DNA from: the human T2T-CHM13v2.0 reference genome, Homo sapiens
Assembly (NCBI RefSeq): GCF_009914755.1
Contig: NC_060937.1
Strand: one strand, 5' to 3'
Length of the DNA stretch: 64,000 nt
Shown: positions 42,234-55,129 of the stretch, piece by piece
Layout: every line of letters begins with the position of its first letter
How positions within the stretch are numbered: the stretch's first letter is position 1
Program-made: the position numbers and the translations under genes
The notes under the pieces: generated by a model
Told to the model about the DNA's origin: nothing
The model's input: the letters and a program-made list of their open reading frames with translations, nothing else
The model's database searches: none

Positions 42234-44499
42234 GATCTCGAGTCTATAATCATGAGACAGATTTCTGCTTTTGCAACATCTTTGTCTAGTTTTGATACTA
42301 GTATAATACTAGCAAGAAATTAATTAGAAAGAGTTCCCTCTGCTTTTATGTTATGAAAGACATTATGAAGAATTGGTAGTATTTCTTCTCTAAATGAATT
42401 CAGTGAAATTATATGGGCCTGTTGATTGTGTTTTCAGAAGGTAATTAAATATTGGTCCAATTTCTTTAAGAAATATAGGACTATTGAGGTAACTTTTTTA
42501 TTCTTGTATAAATTTTGGCAGTTTGTGTTCTTCAAGGGATTGTTTCATTTTATTTACCAATTTTTTGGCATAGAATTTTTCATAGCATTTCTTCATCTTT
42601 CTTTTTTACTGTTCAGGAGATCAATATAGATCATTATTTTCTGATATTCTCAATTTTATCTTCAATCTTTTTCTGTTGGATAGCTTGGCCTAGAAAATTA
42701 TCCATTTTATTGATCTTCTCGTACAAGCAGCTTTTGATGATAATGATTTTCTCTATTGTTTTCCTGCTAACAATTTTATTTACTTCTCCTTTAAGTTCGA
42801 TATTTCTTTTCTTCTACTTGTTTTTGGCTTAAATTTCTCTTCTTTCTCTAATTTCCTAGCATAAAAGTTTACACTATTGATATGAGATTTTTTAAATTTC
42901 TAAAGTATGTACTTAATGTCTTAAATTTTACACTAAGCACTATTTTTGCTGCATCCTATAGTCTTTGTAAATTGTTTTCTTCTAATTTATTACAAAATAT
43001 TATAAATTTCTCTTGAGACCTTTTCTTTGCCCCATGTGTTATTTTGAAGTGCATTGTTTAATTCCCAGATATTTGGGAATTTTCCAGCTATGCTTCTGTT
43101 TTTAGCTTCTGGTTAATTCTATTTTTGTCAGAGAATATATATTGCACAATCTCTGTTCTTTTAAATTTGTTACAACGTTATGGCCAAAAGATATCCTATT
43201 TTGGTGAACGTTTCATGCAAGCTTTAGAGGAATATGGATTTTATTTTTATTAGATATAATATTATATGCATTTCAATTAAATCAAATTGATTGATGATAC
43301 TGTTCGTTTCAACTATATCCTTATTGATTTTGTGCCTGCTTAGTTTATCAATTACAAGAGATGTTAAACTCTCCAACTATAGTTCCGTATTTGTCTTTCT
43401 TGTAGTTTGATTAGTTTCTGCCTCATGCATTTTGATGCTCTGTTGTTAGGTGCATACAGATTTAGGATTCCTATAACTTCTTGGAGAATTGACAGTCTTA
43501 ATGTTATGTAATGTCTCTTTATCTCTGATAATTTTCCCTTTTCTAAACTCTATTTTTTCTGACTTTAATACAGCTACACCACCTTTATGCTGATTAGTAT
43601 TAACATGTTAACTCTTTCTTCATCCATTTACTTTCAACCCATTAGGGTTTGTGTATTTATTCTGGGTTCTTTTAGAAAAGCACACACTTGGATTTTGTTT
43701 TAAACCACTCTTATAACATGTGTCTTTTAATTGGTATATTTATACCCTTCACATTCAAAATGAATATTTGTGTATTTACATTAATATCAATTATTATCAG
43801 GGGCTTCTGTTTCTTTCTTTTCTCATTTTAATTGGGCATTTTATGTGATTGCATTTTATTTCCTCCGTTAGTGTATTAATAATATTTCTTTTAACTATTG
43901 CTTAGTGTTTTCCTTAAAGTTTACAATATGCATTTTTAACTAATCTAAGTCCATCTTGAAATAACACTTTTTTGCTTCATGTGTAGTACACATATCTTTT
44001 AAGACAGTATTCCCAATTTTTTCTATCCTTTGTGAAATGGCTCTAATTCATTTCACTACTTAATATGCTATAATGATCCAGTATATTGCTTTTTTATTAC
44101 TTTAAATTAATAGTTATATTTTAGACCAATTAAGTTAACATGGAATTATGTTATATTCATTTATTCCTTTTCTGATGTTTTTGTCTTTTTTAAAAAAATT
44201 CTAGGTTCAAATTTTTGACCTATAACATTTACCTTCTGCCTAACAAAAATCCTTTAATATTTCTTGTAGTCAGATCTGCTGGTAATAGATTCCTTCAATT
44301 TTTGTTTGTCAAGAGGTCTTTATTTCTCCTTTACTTTTTGTTTTTTTAATAATAGTTTGATTGAAATATCATAGATATACCATACATTTATCCATTTAAA
44401 CTGTACAATTTAATATTTTTATTCAGAATTGTGCAACCATCAACATTATGTAATTTCAAAACATTTCCATCACTCCAAAAAGAAACCCATATCCAAGTC

Positions 44500-46730
44500 T
44501 TCCTGCTTTTTTTTCCACCTTTGCTCAGCTGTCAGTGTAAATGTTCTCAACCTTGTGTTTTGCCAATTGACAAGCTTCAGTCAGGGCAATCAATTCGGCT
44601 ACTTGAGCTGATCTGGCTTGGGAAAGAGGATCAGCTTCAATTACCTCTGGTAAGGGAACCACAGCATATCCTGCTCTAAAATTTCCATCCTCTCCTCTTA
44701 AATAAGACCCATTGGTATACCATTCTATCTCAGCATTATACAGTGGTGTCTCTTGTAGGGCTGTCCTGGGAGTGAGAAGTTGGTTTGTCATCAGAACACA
44801 GTCAAGAAGGATTTCCTCAAAAGGGCCCAGCAAGAGAGTGACCAGATTAAGATTATTACAGTGGGAAATGATAATATTTGGAGATGATAAAGCAAAATGT
44901 CATAAGAGGTTAACTGGTTGACAGAGAGATGTTGAGTATGATAACAGTTTAGAAGGGTCTCAAAAGAATGCAGTACTGAAATTATAAGGTGGAAACCCAT
45001 AATTATTTTTTCAACAGACTTGTACAGAAGGGAAGTGGCTGATATTGCTCTCAGAGAGCGAGGCAGCCCTCAAGCCATGGGGTTAAGCCATTGGCCATAA
45101 TGGCCTATAGGTCTCCAATGATCACCATGTTTCTGGGTCAGTGCCCAGGATGCAACAGCTCCAATTTCATGTACCAAAAAGGAGAAAGGCAATTTGTAGT
45201 TAGGATGCCCTAAGGCTGGGTTATTAGTTAGGGTTTCCTTTATTTGTTGTACAGCTGGTTGTCTATCTGGAGTCTCCATGATGGGATCAGATTATTTATT
45301 CACTTTTTAGGTGTGCATACAGAGGTTGAGCTATAAGGGAGAAATTTGGTATCCAGTTCCCACAATAGCCAGCCAGCCCCCCAACTTATCTAAGTTGTTT
45401 CTTAGTGATGGGCATTAAGAAAGCTAAAACTCCTCTCACTCTATACTCAGTCGTTTGACTGAGATAATATGTCCCAAATACTTAACTTGGTGTAAACATA
45501 GCTGAAGTTTGTTTTCGGATACTTTTTGTCCCTTGGTGACTGAGTAAATATAGACTCTTTTCCTGCGAGGAAGAGAGTGTGTCTGAACAGAGGAGAAGGT
45601 CATCTACATATTAGATGAGTGCTAAGCCCTCGGGAATAATTGAACCCTCTAAGTCAGCTTTTAAGTTTTTTGGAAAATAAGTGTGACTTTCTGTGTACCC
45701 TTGGGGCATTATAGTACACGTATATTGTATTTTCCAAGTAAAGGAAAACAAATACTGGCTGTCTGGATCTACAGGAATACCAAATAAGGCACTGCAGAGA
45801 GCTACAATTGAGAAATACTGGCTGGGAGTGGCTATAGCTGATAGTACAGTATGTGTGTTGGGGACTGTTGGGTGTCTGGGTATTACAATATTGTTTAGTG
45901 CCCTCTCAAATCTTGTAAAAATCTCAACCCTCTCCCATTTGTTTTTTCAAAACAGTAATATAAGACTGTTGCAGGGGCTAGAACAGGAAATAACGAGCCC
46001 TTTTCAAGATAATCTTGTATGATAGGGGCAATTCCATCTATGGCTGTCTGCTGTAAAGGATATTGTTTAAGGTAGGGTAGGGGTATCTTTGAATTTATCT
46101 CAACCTTTATTGAAGTGGCTGATAATATTTTTCCCATGTCTGTATTTGATGGGACTCTAAGTGGGAGGGGACACTCTTAAGCAAATGCTCCACTTCTGGG
46201 GTTAACAGAAAGATTGGGGAGGCCAAAAAGAGTTTTACCATTTCCTTCCCTTTATTCCAATGTTCTCTCTTCTTCTCTACTTTTTTCTTTTTTGTCTCCA
46301 TTTCACTTTCCCTGTTGCAAGATGAAATTTCAAAATTACCAGTACTAAATCAAGGTACATTATCGGTACTTTTTAAAATTTGTTAGTTTTAGTTTCCCAT
46401 CTACAATTCTAAAAAAAGTTCACTATTTGATGAAAAATAGATATGGGCCTTATGGATGTTGAGGTGATCACAGCTTAAAAGATTGATGGGGCTCCCCAGG
46501 CATATTAGGAACACAGGAGGCAAACTGAGCATGTCACATTTAGAGCCCTCGGTGGGGGAAAGCTAAATCTGATGAAACAGCAAGGTATAGGTTTAGATTT
46601 AAAACATGAGATAGTTTTATTAGACACACCTACCATGTTCATCCTTTCATTACTCCAAGGAATGGGGTTTCTAAATAAGGTGGGATTTATAACATATAGA
46701 GTTGCTCCCATATCAATAAGGCAGTTGAGA
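44500..46730 (-). pseudogene. pol: Decayed retroviral pro-pol (protease, RT, RNase H)
   Basis: Protease CLIDMGAT (D codon 46712-46714); RT KQYPL and QDLR; YVDDLLL (YVDD 45599-45610, preceded by an in-frame stop); RNase H WYTNGSY...AGYAVV...SAQVAELIALTEA...NIYTDS. Many frameshifts. Confidence 0.92.
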
Positions 46731-46739
46731 GTTTATGGT

Positions 46740-47831
46740 TTATTATTATATTAATCTCTTTCAATTTGTTTGTCGGGGTAGAATATTTGGAAAGGGAAAA
46801 CCCTTTAACTTCCTCAGAGCATCCTTAGACTTCCTGAATTGCTCCTTCCTGTTCCGGCTTCCATTTCAGCCTAAGGCTGTCCCTTTTAAGGTGTTCTGGT
46901 CTTTCAAAGTAGCAACAGACTGGAAGGGAAGAGTCCTCAGACTGAAGGGGCTTAGAATTCTTAAAATTTTTCTGAGGCTGAAAGATCTGAAAAGTTAATT
47001 GCTTTAACTGTTAATGCATAGCTAGGGCAGTCTTTTGCTTTACTTTTTTATCATAGTGTGGGCATAATTGGTCAGCGAAGTTAATTAGTTTATTAGTTCT
47101 GGCCATGGCCCAATTTGTCATGTGGCATTGTAGAAGGGTGGTTAAATCCTCAACTAGTATGTTTAAGAAATTTGTATTTAATAATGTATCATTTTTATTG
47201 TTTTCAAAGCAGTCAGCTCACATCCTGCCATATTGCCTCAAAGTTTTATTAAAGTGAGTAAAATAATCAAAAACTGATTCATTTGGGTTTTGGAAGCATT
47301 GCTGGATTTTACTACAACCCACAACCCTTTGGAACACTGAAGGAATGATATTTAACAGAGAAACATGGGGGCAGTTTCCCCCATACTGTTCCCATGATAG
47401 TGAATACATCTCCCAAGATCTGATGCTTTTATAAGGGTTTTTTCCTTTGCTTGACTCTCATTCTTTTTTTGCCTGCTACCATATAAGACATGCCTTTTGT
47501 CTTCCACCATGATTATGAGGCCTCCCCAGCCATGTGGAACTGTGAGTCTGTTAAACCTCTTTTTCTTTATAAATTACCCAGTCTTGGGTGTGTCTTTATC
47601 AGCAACATTAAACCAGACTAATATATACACTAATTTGGACATCTCAAAAGATCCCCAGATAGGCCAATATAACTTAGAATCTGCTTTGGTTATAGTGGTC
47701 CACTTGATTAAATATTCACATGACAATTTTCCATAAGTATTTTGCATATACCCAGCCAGAGTTTCTAAGGGTGGAACTTTGTGTTCTGCAGCTGTGGGAG
47801 TTTCAGCCAACTTAGAGGCTTCCTTCCCCAT
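46740..47831 (-). pseudogene. gag: Decayed retroviral gag, interrupted by a THE1 fragment
   Basis: Matrix-like start MGKEASK...WPIWGSF; major-homology-region-like QNPNESVFDYF; degenerate zinc knuckle C-CY-F-ERPE-H-LKRD-S at ~46876-46917. Confidence 0.8.
47360..47625 (+). mobile_element. 5'-truncated THE1 LTR inserted antisense in gag
   Basis: catgggggcagtttcccccatactgtt...aaattacccagtcttggg...gactaatata; homologous to the LTRs at 1025 and 2943. Confidence 0.9.
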
Positions 47832-48254
47832 ACTTTAATGTTCTCTTGCAGATTTTACTAAGTTGGGAAATGTGTCAGACCCAATGTGTGCTGCTTGCAG
47901 ATGTATCTTTTCAGGGCCATTACTCCTTGAACTGGTCTGCTCCACCTGTGTCATGGCTACCTGGTACAAAGTGTCAGGGGCTCAAGGCATGGGAGGGGTC
48001 AGCTCCTTATATGCACCCCCTGGGTGAGATTAGACCCTAAGAGTGTTCTTCTGAGGGGGAAACCTACTTAGATCCACTGCACACCTTAGAGAGCATTCCT
48101 CCCTGATATCCTCATGTGATTCTTCGTCACCTGAGAATGCCCTAAAAGGTTGAGGGGAGCAAGGTGTTCTTATCTCTTCAGAGTGGAAAATTTCAGATTT
48201 ATAAGCTAGGAGGTTTAGAGTTGGTCAAATCTAATAAGAGAAGAACTGAAACAT

Positions 48255-48257
<3 letters not shown>

Positions 48258-48286
<29 letters not shown>
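48258..48286. repeat. (CA)n microsatellite in the ERV leader
   Basis: acacacacacacacacacacacacacaca. Confidence 0.9.
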
Positions 48287-48287
<1 letters not shown>

Positions 48288-48723
48288 GAAAGAAAACAAC
48301 ACAGAAACAAACAAAACACCTAAGCTAAAGGAACAACAATCACACAAATTACACATTTTGAAGCATTCTAAATGTAAGGAGAAATTAAGACCAGCTAGTT
48401 GTTAACACTAACTTTAGTTATTAAAGAGAATCATAACAGAATCCCAATTCAGCTCCTTACCTACAGATGAGGCTCAAGCTGAAGGTGGCTCTCTGCCGAT
48501 GAAGAAGCAGACAAGCTCACCTTCCCTGGTGGAAGCAACTGGAAACTTCCAGGAAAACGGGAATTTTTAACAGCAATAAAACTTCAGACCCCCAACTAAG
48601 GATCCCTGGAGGAAAGAACTTCCAAACCAAAATTGGGCTTATTGGTTTGGGCTATAAAGAGCCCAAGCTGGTACCAAGCACCCATAGGAGAAGCTCCTGC
48701 ACGCCTGAGCCACCTTCACTCAG

Positions 48724-48742
48724 GATCCCTCCTTGGTTATGA
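48724..48742 (-). promoter_or_regulatory. Degenerate primer-binding site, tRNA-Arg(TCG)-like
   Basis: Plus strand gatccctccttggttatga, 2 nt from the LTR, versus the recalled tRNA-Arg-TCG 3' end aatccctccgtggttacca (15/19 identical). Confidence 0.65.
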
Positions 48743-48744
48743 GA

Positions 48745-49336
48745 TGTTAATCAAGGAAAGTGACCAAGGCAAGTCTCAATTATTTTAGGAGGTTTATTTG
48801 CCAAAGTTAAGGACATGTGCCTGGGAGATGGGTCTTTCTCTTCGGGCCTTTCTCTGAAGATGATTTTGAGGGCTTCACATTTAAAGGGGAAAGGGTGGGA
48901 TAATGAGAGACACAATTTTCATGTGAGAGGAGGGTAGGGGAAAATAGTCATTCATGTCTTTGTCTAGCTCAGTGAATCTGCGTTTTTACATAATACACCA
49001 TAGACAGTAGGGCAGAGGAAACAGATATGCATTTGTCTCAGGTAGGCAGAGGTATGACTGAGTTTTGTCCTATGTCCCCACACTTGTGGAGATAAGCTAT
49101 TAATTTACATTGCCATGGTAAACTAACAGAAATGTTTTAGGGTAAAGATAGTGAGACCCACAACAATTTTCCTGTGGGCAAAATGTGAGGGAAGTATGTA
49201 GTTTTCATCTTCGTAGCCATTTTATTTGGGAACCAATATGGAAGACAGGTTTGCGTGACCCCAATTCTGAGCATTGCTTTTCCCTTTGGCTTAGTATTAG
49301 TGAGTTTGGGATCCCAAGATTTATTTTTCCTTCACA
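48745..49336 (-). mobile_element. MER4A-type LTR (5' LTR of the provirus)
   Basis: Minus strand starts tgtgaaggaaaaataaatcttgggatcccaaactcac..., ends ...ttaaca; poly(A) signal (tttatt on plus, ~48793). Confidence 0.88.
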
Positions 49337-52299
49337 TTTTGTAACCACTAATCTACTTTTTTTCTGCCTAGATTTGCCTATTCTGAACAATTTTATATAG
49401 GTTTTATATAGATTGAATTATTCAATATATGACCTTTAAAATGGCTTTTTCAACTTAGCATAATGTTATTAAAGTTCAACCATGCTGTAGCATAAAAAAG
49501 TATTTTATTTTTATCACTGAATAATATTCCGTTATATGACTACATCATACCTTATTACTATTCATCATTTGACGGACATTTGGGTGGCTTCTTGGCTTCT
49601 ACTTTGTAGTTATGATGAATAATACTGTCATGAACATTCATGTTCAAATTTGTGTGAGGATATACACTTTCAATTCCCTTGAGGACATACCTAGGAGAGG
49701 AATTGCTGCGTCATATGGTAGCTCTCCGTTTAGCTTACAAGGACTGTTTTGAAAGGTGGCAGCACCATTTCACATTCCCACTAGAAGCATGTGAGAACAA
49801 TTTCTCTACAACTCCTTTGCCACTGATTCTTATGTCTTTTTGATTATAGCCATGCTAGAGAGTGTAAAGTACTATGTCACTGTGATTTTAAATTGTATAT
49901 CTCTGGTGACTAGTGATGTTTGCCTCTTTTTAAGTGCTTATATTTTATAACTTTAAAAGTATAATTTCACTGGATATAGAATTATACATAGGATTTTTTT
50001 TCTTTGCTACACTTAAATAATTCAGTTCACTCTGTTCTTGCTTGAAAAACCTCTGACAAGAAGTCTGCTCTAATTATTATTCTTGTTTCTTTATAGGCGA
50101 GAATGTTTGCTCCTTCTTCTCACTATCTTTATACTCCTTCAAGGTTTTCCCTTTGCTTTTAGTTTTCTACAGTTTAAATGCAATATGATTTAAAGCAACA
50201 TTTTTCTTTTCTTTTTTTTTCTTGTATGTATTCTTGGTATCATCTGAATTTTCTCGATTTGTCTTTAACTAGTTCTTAGTTATTGTTAATTCAAATATTT
50301 CTTTGCCTCCCATTTCTCTTGAAAATTATATATATATATATTACATCTTTAAAATTGTCCCCAAAGTTTCCGAATATTCTTTTCTGGTTTTTATATTCTT
50401 ATTGATTTTTCGTTTCAGTTTTGGAATTTTCTATGGAACTGTCATAAAGCTCGTTGATTATTTCCTCAGCTGTTTGAAGTCCACCAATGTGTCCATCAAA
50501 GACACTCCTCGCTTCTGTGACAGTGCTTTCATTTTTAGCATTTTCATTTGATTATTTCTTAGAATTATTATCTTTCTGCTTACATTATATATTTGTTCTT
50601 GCATGTTCTGCTTTCTCCCCTGGATCCCTAAACATATTAATCATAATTGTTTTCAATACCCTGCCTGGTATTCTCACCAAGTGTATCATATATGAGTTGG
50701 GTTCTGATGCTCATTCTGCCTCTTCAGACTGTGTTATCTTGTGTTTGTTTTCACTTTTTCTTCATTGTCACAGATATTTTAGATTTTTGTTGAAAACTAG
50801 ACATGTTTTGGATAATAGGAACTGAAGTAAATATACTGATAGTATGAGAATTAATGTTAATCTGCTAGGAGTTGAGTGTTGTTTAGTGGATGCTGTAGTA
50901 AGAGGTTCCAATGACTTGAAGTTCTTCTAGTGTCTTTTTACTTTGTCTTCCCTCTTGACTATGAGTTTCCTAAAATACTCTTCTTCAGAGAGCCTCTGTT
51001 TTGCAGCTCTTTTAGCTGCAATCCACCATTATTATACGGGAACCCTGTTGGCATTAATCCTATGTGAGAGGGGACGTGTTCTGTAACCTTCCAACTAAAT
51101 ACCAGTCTTTTAATTGGCCTGTGTCTCTACCCTGTGACATCTACAAGATTTTCTTTTAGTATAGCTTTTCTCATCCTTAGGTGTGACAGGAAGCTTAGAC
51201 AGGGTGAGGAAGAGGAGAATATTCTTTCCCCACAGCTCGGCAACAAGGTTCTGGTGAAGCCTCCCCTCCTGGGGAGTAGGTCTGTGTTGTGGACTAGATT
51301 CTGGGACTCTGTCCTAAAGATGACTCCTTCTCGACCACTGCCAGAGTCATAGGGGGGTCTTTATCAGCTCCTAATCATGGGATTTTGGTGGGGTTCCTGG
51401 ATCTCATGAAAGTATAGGACACTTCCTAAGATTGCAGCTTCCAGAGTTTCTCATTCTCAAGCTAGTCTGCACTCAGCCTCCAGCAATCTGTCAAAATTTC
51501 ATTTAAGTATTCCCCTAAGTTCCAGCAGTTTGTGCTCCAGTGAAACAGATCTTGGCTGTGACGCTCTGGATTCTCCTGTCTCCAGATTTTGGTGTGGTAG
51601 TGTTCCCTGCAATTTCATTCTCATTAATTTTCAGTTTTCCAGCTTTTCGTTTTTGTTCTTGTAAGGATAGGACTGACAGTTTCTCAAGCTCTTGACACGT
51701 TGGAACTGAAAACAAAAGTCTATTGTGTCACTTTTTAAACCTCTTTTTTCTTTTTTTTTTTGGAAAAATCTGCTGTGAAGTTACCCAGTTTGGTAAGTAC
51801 ATGTTGCTGTGTTAGGGAGGATTAGGGTAAAATATATCTACAATGCTCTTATGTACTATGTTAATTAACTGAGTGGTTTACTAAAATCAGGTAAAATGGT
51901 GTAACATTGCTTATGCTTAGAACGCATAGGGTAATATTAATTCAAAAAAAGTTTTACATTAGACCTCATGTCCTTCAGTGATAATCAGTCCATCTTCCAA
52001 ATAAATTTGAAGATGTCAGCAACATAATCAATATAAACTGTAATATTATAATTACAGCATATTCCATTGTATCTTTGAGTGTGCAATATTTAGCAGTTCA
52101 TGTAGTACCCAAGCTGTCTATGTATATTATTGAAAGTAAGTTTTACTGCCTATTCCCAAGAGAAATTATTCTTTGTTAATGTTTTTTAATATTTTCTTTT
52201 CTTTTTGCATATATTTTAAGGCCTAGCTACTAAGCATAGTTAAGTTACATGTATTTCCAGTACAATACACTGCTTTAAAAAACCTTTGAAAAATAATTA

Positions 52300-52392
52300 T
52301 GTATTTAGAGATGGAGTCTTGCTATGTTGCCTAAGCTGGATTCAAACTCCTGGGCTCAAGCAATCCTCCTGCCTCAAACTCCTGACTAGCTT
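52300..52392 (-). mobile_element. FLAM/AluJ fragment
   Basis: agagatggagtcttgctatgttgcctaagctggattcaaactcctgggctcaagcaatcctcc. Confidence 0.8.
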
Positions 52393-53839
52393 TGTTCTCT
52401 TTTTTTTTTTGTCCTGAGAGCAAGAATAATAGCATCCATTAATATATTTTACAGCGTTGAGAATGACTTTATACTTTACTACAGCATGGTAAAAATCCCT
52501 AAATATTTAATAAATCATATACTAGTGCACTGCAGTGTTTATACATTACTGAGAACACCCGTGTAGTCTATATTGTAATACTCATTCAAACATAATCGTT
52601 TAAATATAATACAATCAAGCAAGCTATAGTTACATAAAATTAATGATAAATCTTGGCTAAAATTCAATGAAAAATTCAGTTACAGAGAAGATGCAGTTTG
52701 GCAAATACAAAACTAATATAAAGGAAATTATTTCAAAATATCACTTTAAAGAAACACATTTTATTTGTAAATATCATCTGAACTGCTCAAGATTGTATAC
52801 AGTGTTATGGAAACCAAAGTTCTGGATAAAGAATATAATGCGGCTTGTTAACAATTTAAATGAAAAAAAAAAGTATTGTATTTCTAATTTGAAAGGCAAG
52901 GGAAATTGTGCATTCTTACCTAGGGGTATTTGGCAGAAAGACATCTTCTTGTGATTGATATTAATGGGAGTTTCACATGTGTATTTGGAGGAAAAAGAAA
53001 ACCTCCCTAATTAGTGTTTTCCTCCCATACATTTCATTTCTCAAAAGGTTTAGTTGATGAGCTGTATCAGCAATACAGTTTTAGAAATGTTTACTAAGGA
53101 AAGAATGAATCATAAAAACATTTCTTCCTTTGCATTTAGAGAGAAATCCAATATAATTTCATGCATAATTAGAGTTTAAATGATACCATGAAAACACATA
53201 CTACAAAACAATAAACATAATACACTTCCCATCCCAGAGCTGTAAGCCTTGGAATTTAAAATTATGCTTTATGTAGAGCTAGAAATTAAAATAGATAAAT
53301 TATTAATGAAGAGAAAGAGAATCTTTATAACTTTCAACATTCATAGATCCATGAAACATCTTAAAATTAAGTGTCTGCCATTAAAAGTATGAAATTATTT
53401 GAACTTATTCCATAGAATTATTGTGCAAAAATTTTATAAGAATTGTATGCATCAGATACATTTTAAATGATTTATATTTTATTAAAACATTTTATTTATT
53501 GGTTACTATTACCACATCGTAGGTAGATTTTTAGATGTTAGAGTGCCATGTTCTTAGGTTTTAATTGATTTTTAAATCTCTAAAAAGATTCATGTTATAA
53601 TTATGTGGAAATCATTGAATACATTTGTATATAAAATATCAATTATGCTTTCATTAAAAAAATATATATATATAAAATAATAAGGCTTATTGGAGAAGTC
53701 TGGGTCTTCCAGCACTTATTGCTTTCATCCATGAATACCTGCTTTATATTTCTTTATTTCCCTCTATAGCTGTCATTTTAACCATGAGAATCTTTTAAAT
53801 TAATGACAAACAATATAATAGCTTCATATACAGCATATC

Positions 53840-54694
53840 TGTTTTAAACAGAATAATGGTCCCCTAAAGATGTTTACATTACAACCCTGCGGGGGCTGGG
53901 CACAGTGGCTCAAGCCTGTAGGTAATCCCAGCACTTTGGGAGGCTGAGGTGGGCAGATCACAAAGTCAGGAGATGCAGACCATCTGGCCAACATGGTGAA
54001 ACCCCGTCTCACTAAAAATACAAAAATTAGCTGGATGTGGTGGTATGTGCCTGTAACCCCAGCTACTCGGGAGGCTGAGGCAGGAGAATCCCTTATCGCC
54101 TGAACCAGGGAGATGGAGATTGCAGTGAGCTGAGATCACACCACTACACTCCAGCATTCCAGCCTGGTGATAGAGCAAGACTCTGTCTCAAAAACACACA
54201 AACAAACAAACAAACAAAAAAAACAGAGATGTTCACATTGTAACCCTGGAATGTGTGAATATGTTATGGTACATGGAAGAGGGAATTAAAGTTGAAAATA
54301 AAACCAAGTTTTCTAATCAGTTGACTTTAAAATAAGATTATTCTATAATTATTGGGTGGGTCCATGTGATTACATGGGATTTTATAAGTTAAAGAGGGAG
54401 GCAAGAGGATCAGTGTCCCAGAGATGCTCCATGAAAAAGCTCAGCTTCCAACTCCTGTCTTTGAATATGGAAGAAGTCATGAGCCTAGGAATGTTTACAG
54501 ACTCTACAAACGGGGATAAGCAAGTAATTGAATTATCCCCCGGGGAATCCAGAAGGATCGTAGCCTTGACAACACTTTGTTTTTAGCACAGTGAGATCTA
54601 GTTAAGACTTCTGATATCCAGAAGTTATAGGCTTGTGCTGTTTTAGGCCATCAAGCTTGAAAATTTGTTACAGCAGTAACAGGTAACTAATACA
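53840..54694 (+). mobile_element. MLT1D-like MaLR LTR interrupted by an Alu
   Basis: tgttttaaacagaataatggtcccctaaagatg...aaatttgttacagcagtaacaggtaactaataca; exact TSD atatc (53835-53839, 54695-54699). Confidence 0.88.
53894..54224 (+). mobile_element. AluS with (CAAA)n tail
   Basis: Dimeric Alu flanked by a ~24-bp duplicated MLT1 segment. Confidence 0.9.
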
Positions 54695-55129
54695 ATATCC
54701 AAAATATAATTAATAATTCACCCAAACACAGTGACAGAACATGAATGCCAAAGCCCTCCTCCTTCTCCTTTCACACTTCTCACTATTCTAGTTGCATCTT
54801 CCTACACCTGATTTCAAGGTTTTAGTTCGTCTTTCTCCAACCCTTACACACTTATATTTAGTCATACATATTTTATAAATTTGTTCAGTTTGTTTGCTTT
54901 TTCATTCCCATGTGCATTTCTGACAGCCAGGTTCTCTTTTTCATTCACCTAGATTAATGCAATGGTGCCCTGAAAAATCCCCATGTTTTCTTTTTGAACC
55001 AAAAAATGCTTCATATATCTAACAGAGCTGTAGGCTTTTCAATTAAAGATGTGATATTAAAATAGGTCTTCTCATAAATCTTTGTTGAATCTTAGCATAT
55101 TTCCTATAACATCTAATACAATTGTAGTA

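Larger units (their letters stand above)
44493..49336 (-). mobile_element. 3'-truncated ERV1 (gammaretrovirus-like) provirus with MER4A-type 5' LTR
   Basis: Minus-strand order is LTR, PBS, leader, gag, pro, RT, RNase H; no integrase, env or 3' LTR seen. Confidence 0.9.
44340..49945 (-). mobile_element. L1MB-type 3' fragment split by the ERV (pieces ~44340-44492 and ~49337-49945)
   Basis: Left piece ends ccatcactccaaaaagaaacccata; right piece resumes taaccactaatctactttt...gatttgcctattctg. These motifs are neighbours in L1MB 3'UTRs. Confidence 0.8.

Noticed and set aside
44525-46137. Functional or domesticated reverse transcriptase
   Set aside because: In-frame stop immediately before YVDD, many frameshifts, altered protease motif (D-M-G) and RNase H first catalytic Asp replaced (YTNGS).
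48724-48742. tRNA gene
   Set aside because: Only a 19-nt match to a tRNA 3' end next to an LTR, which is a PBS; no cloverleaf.
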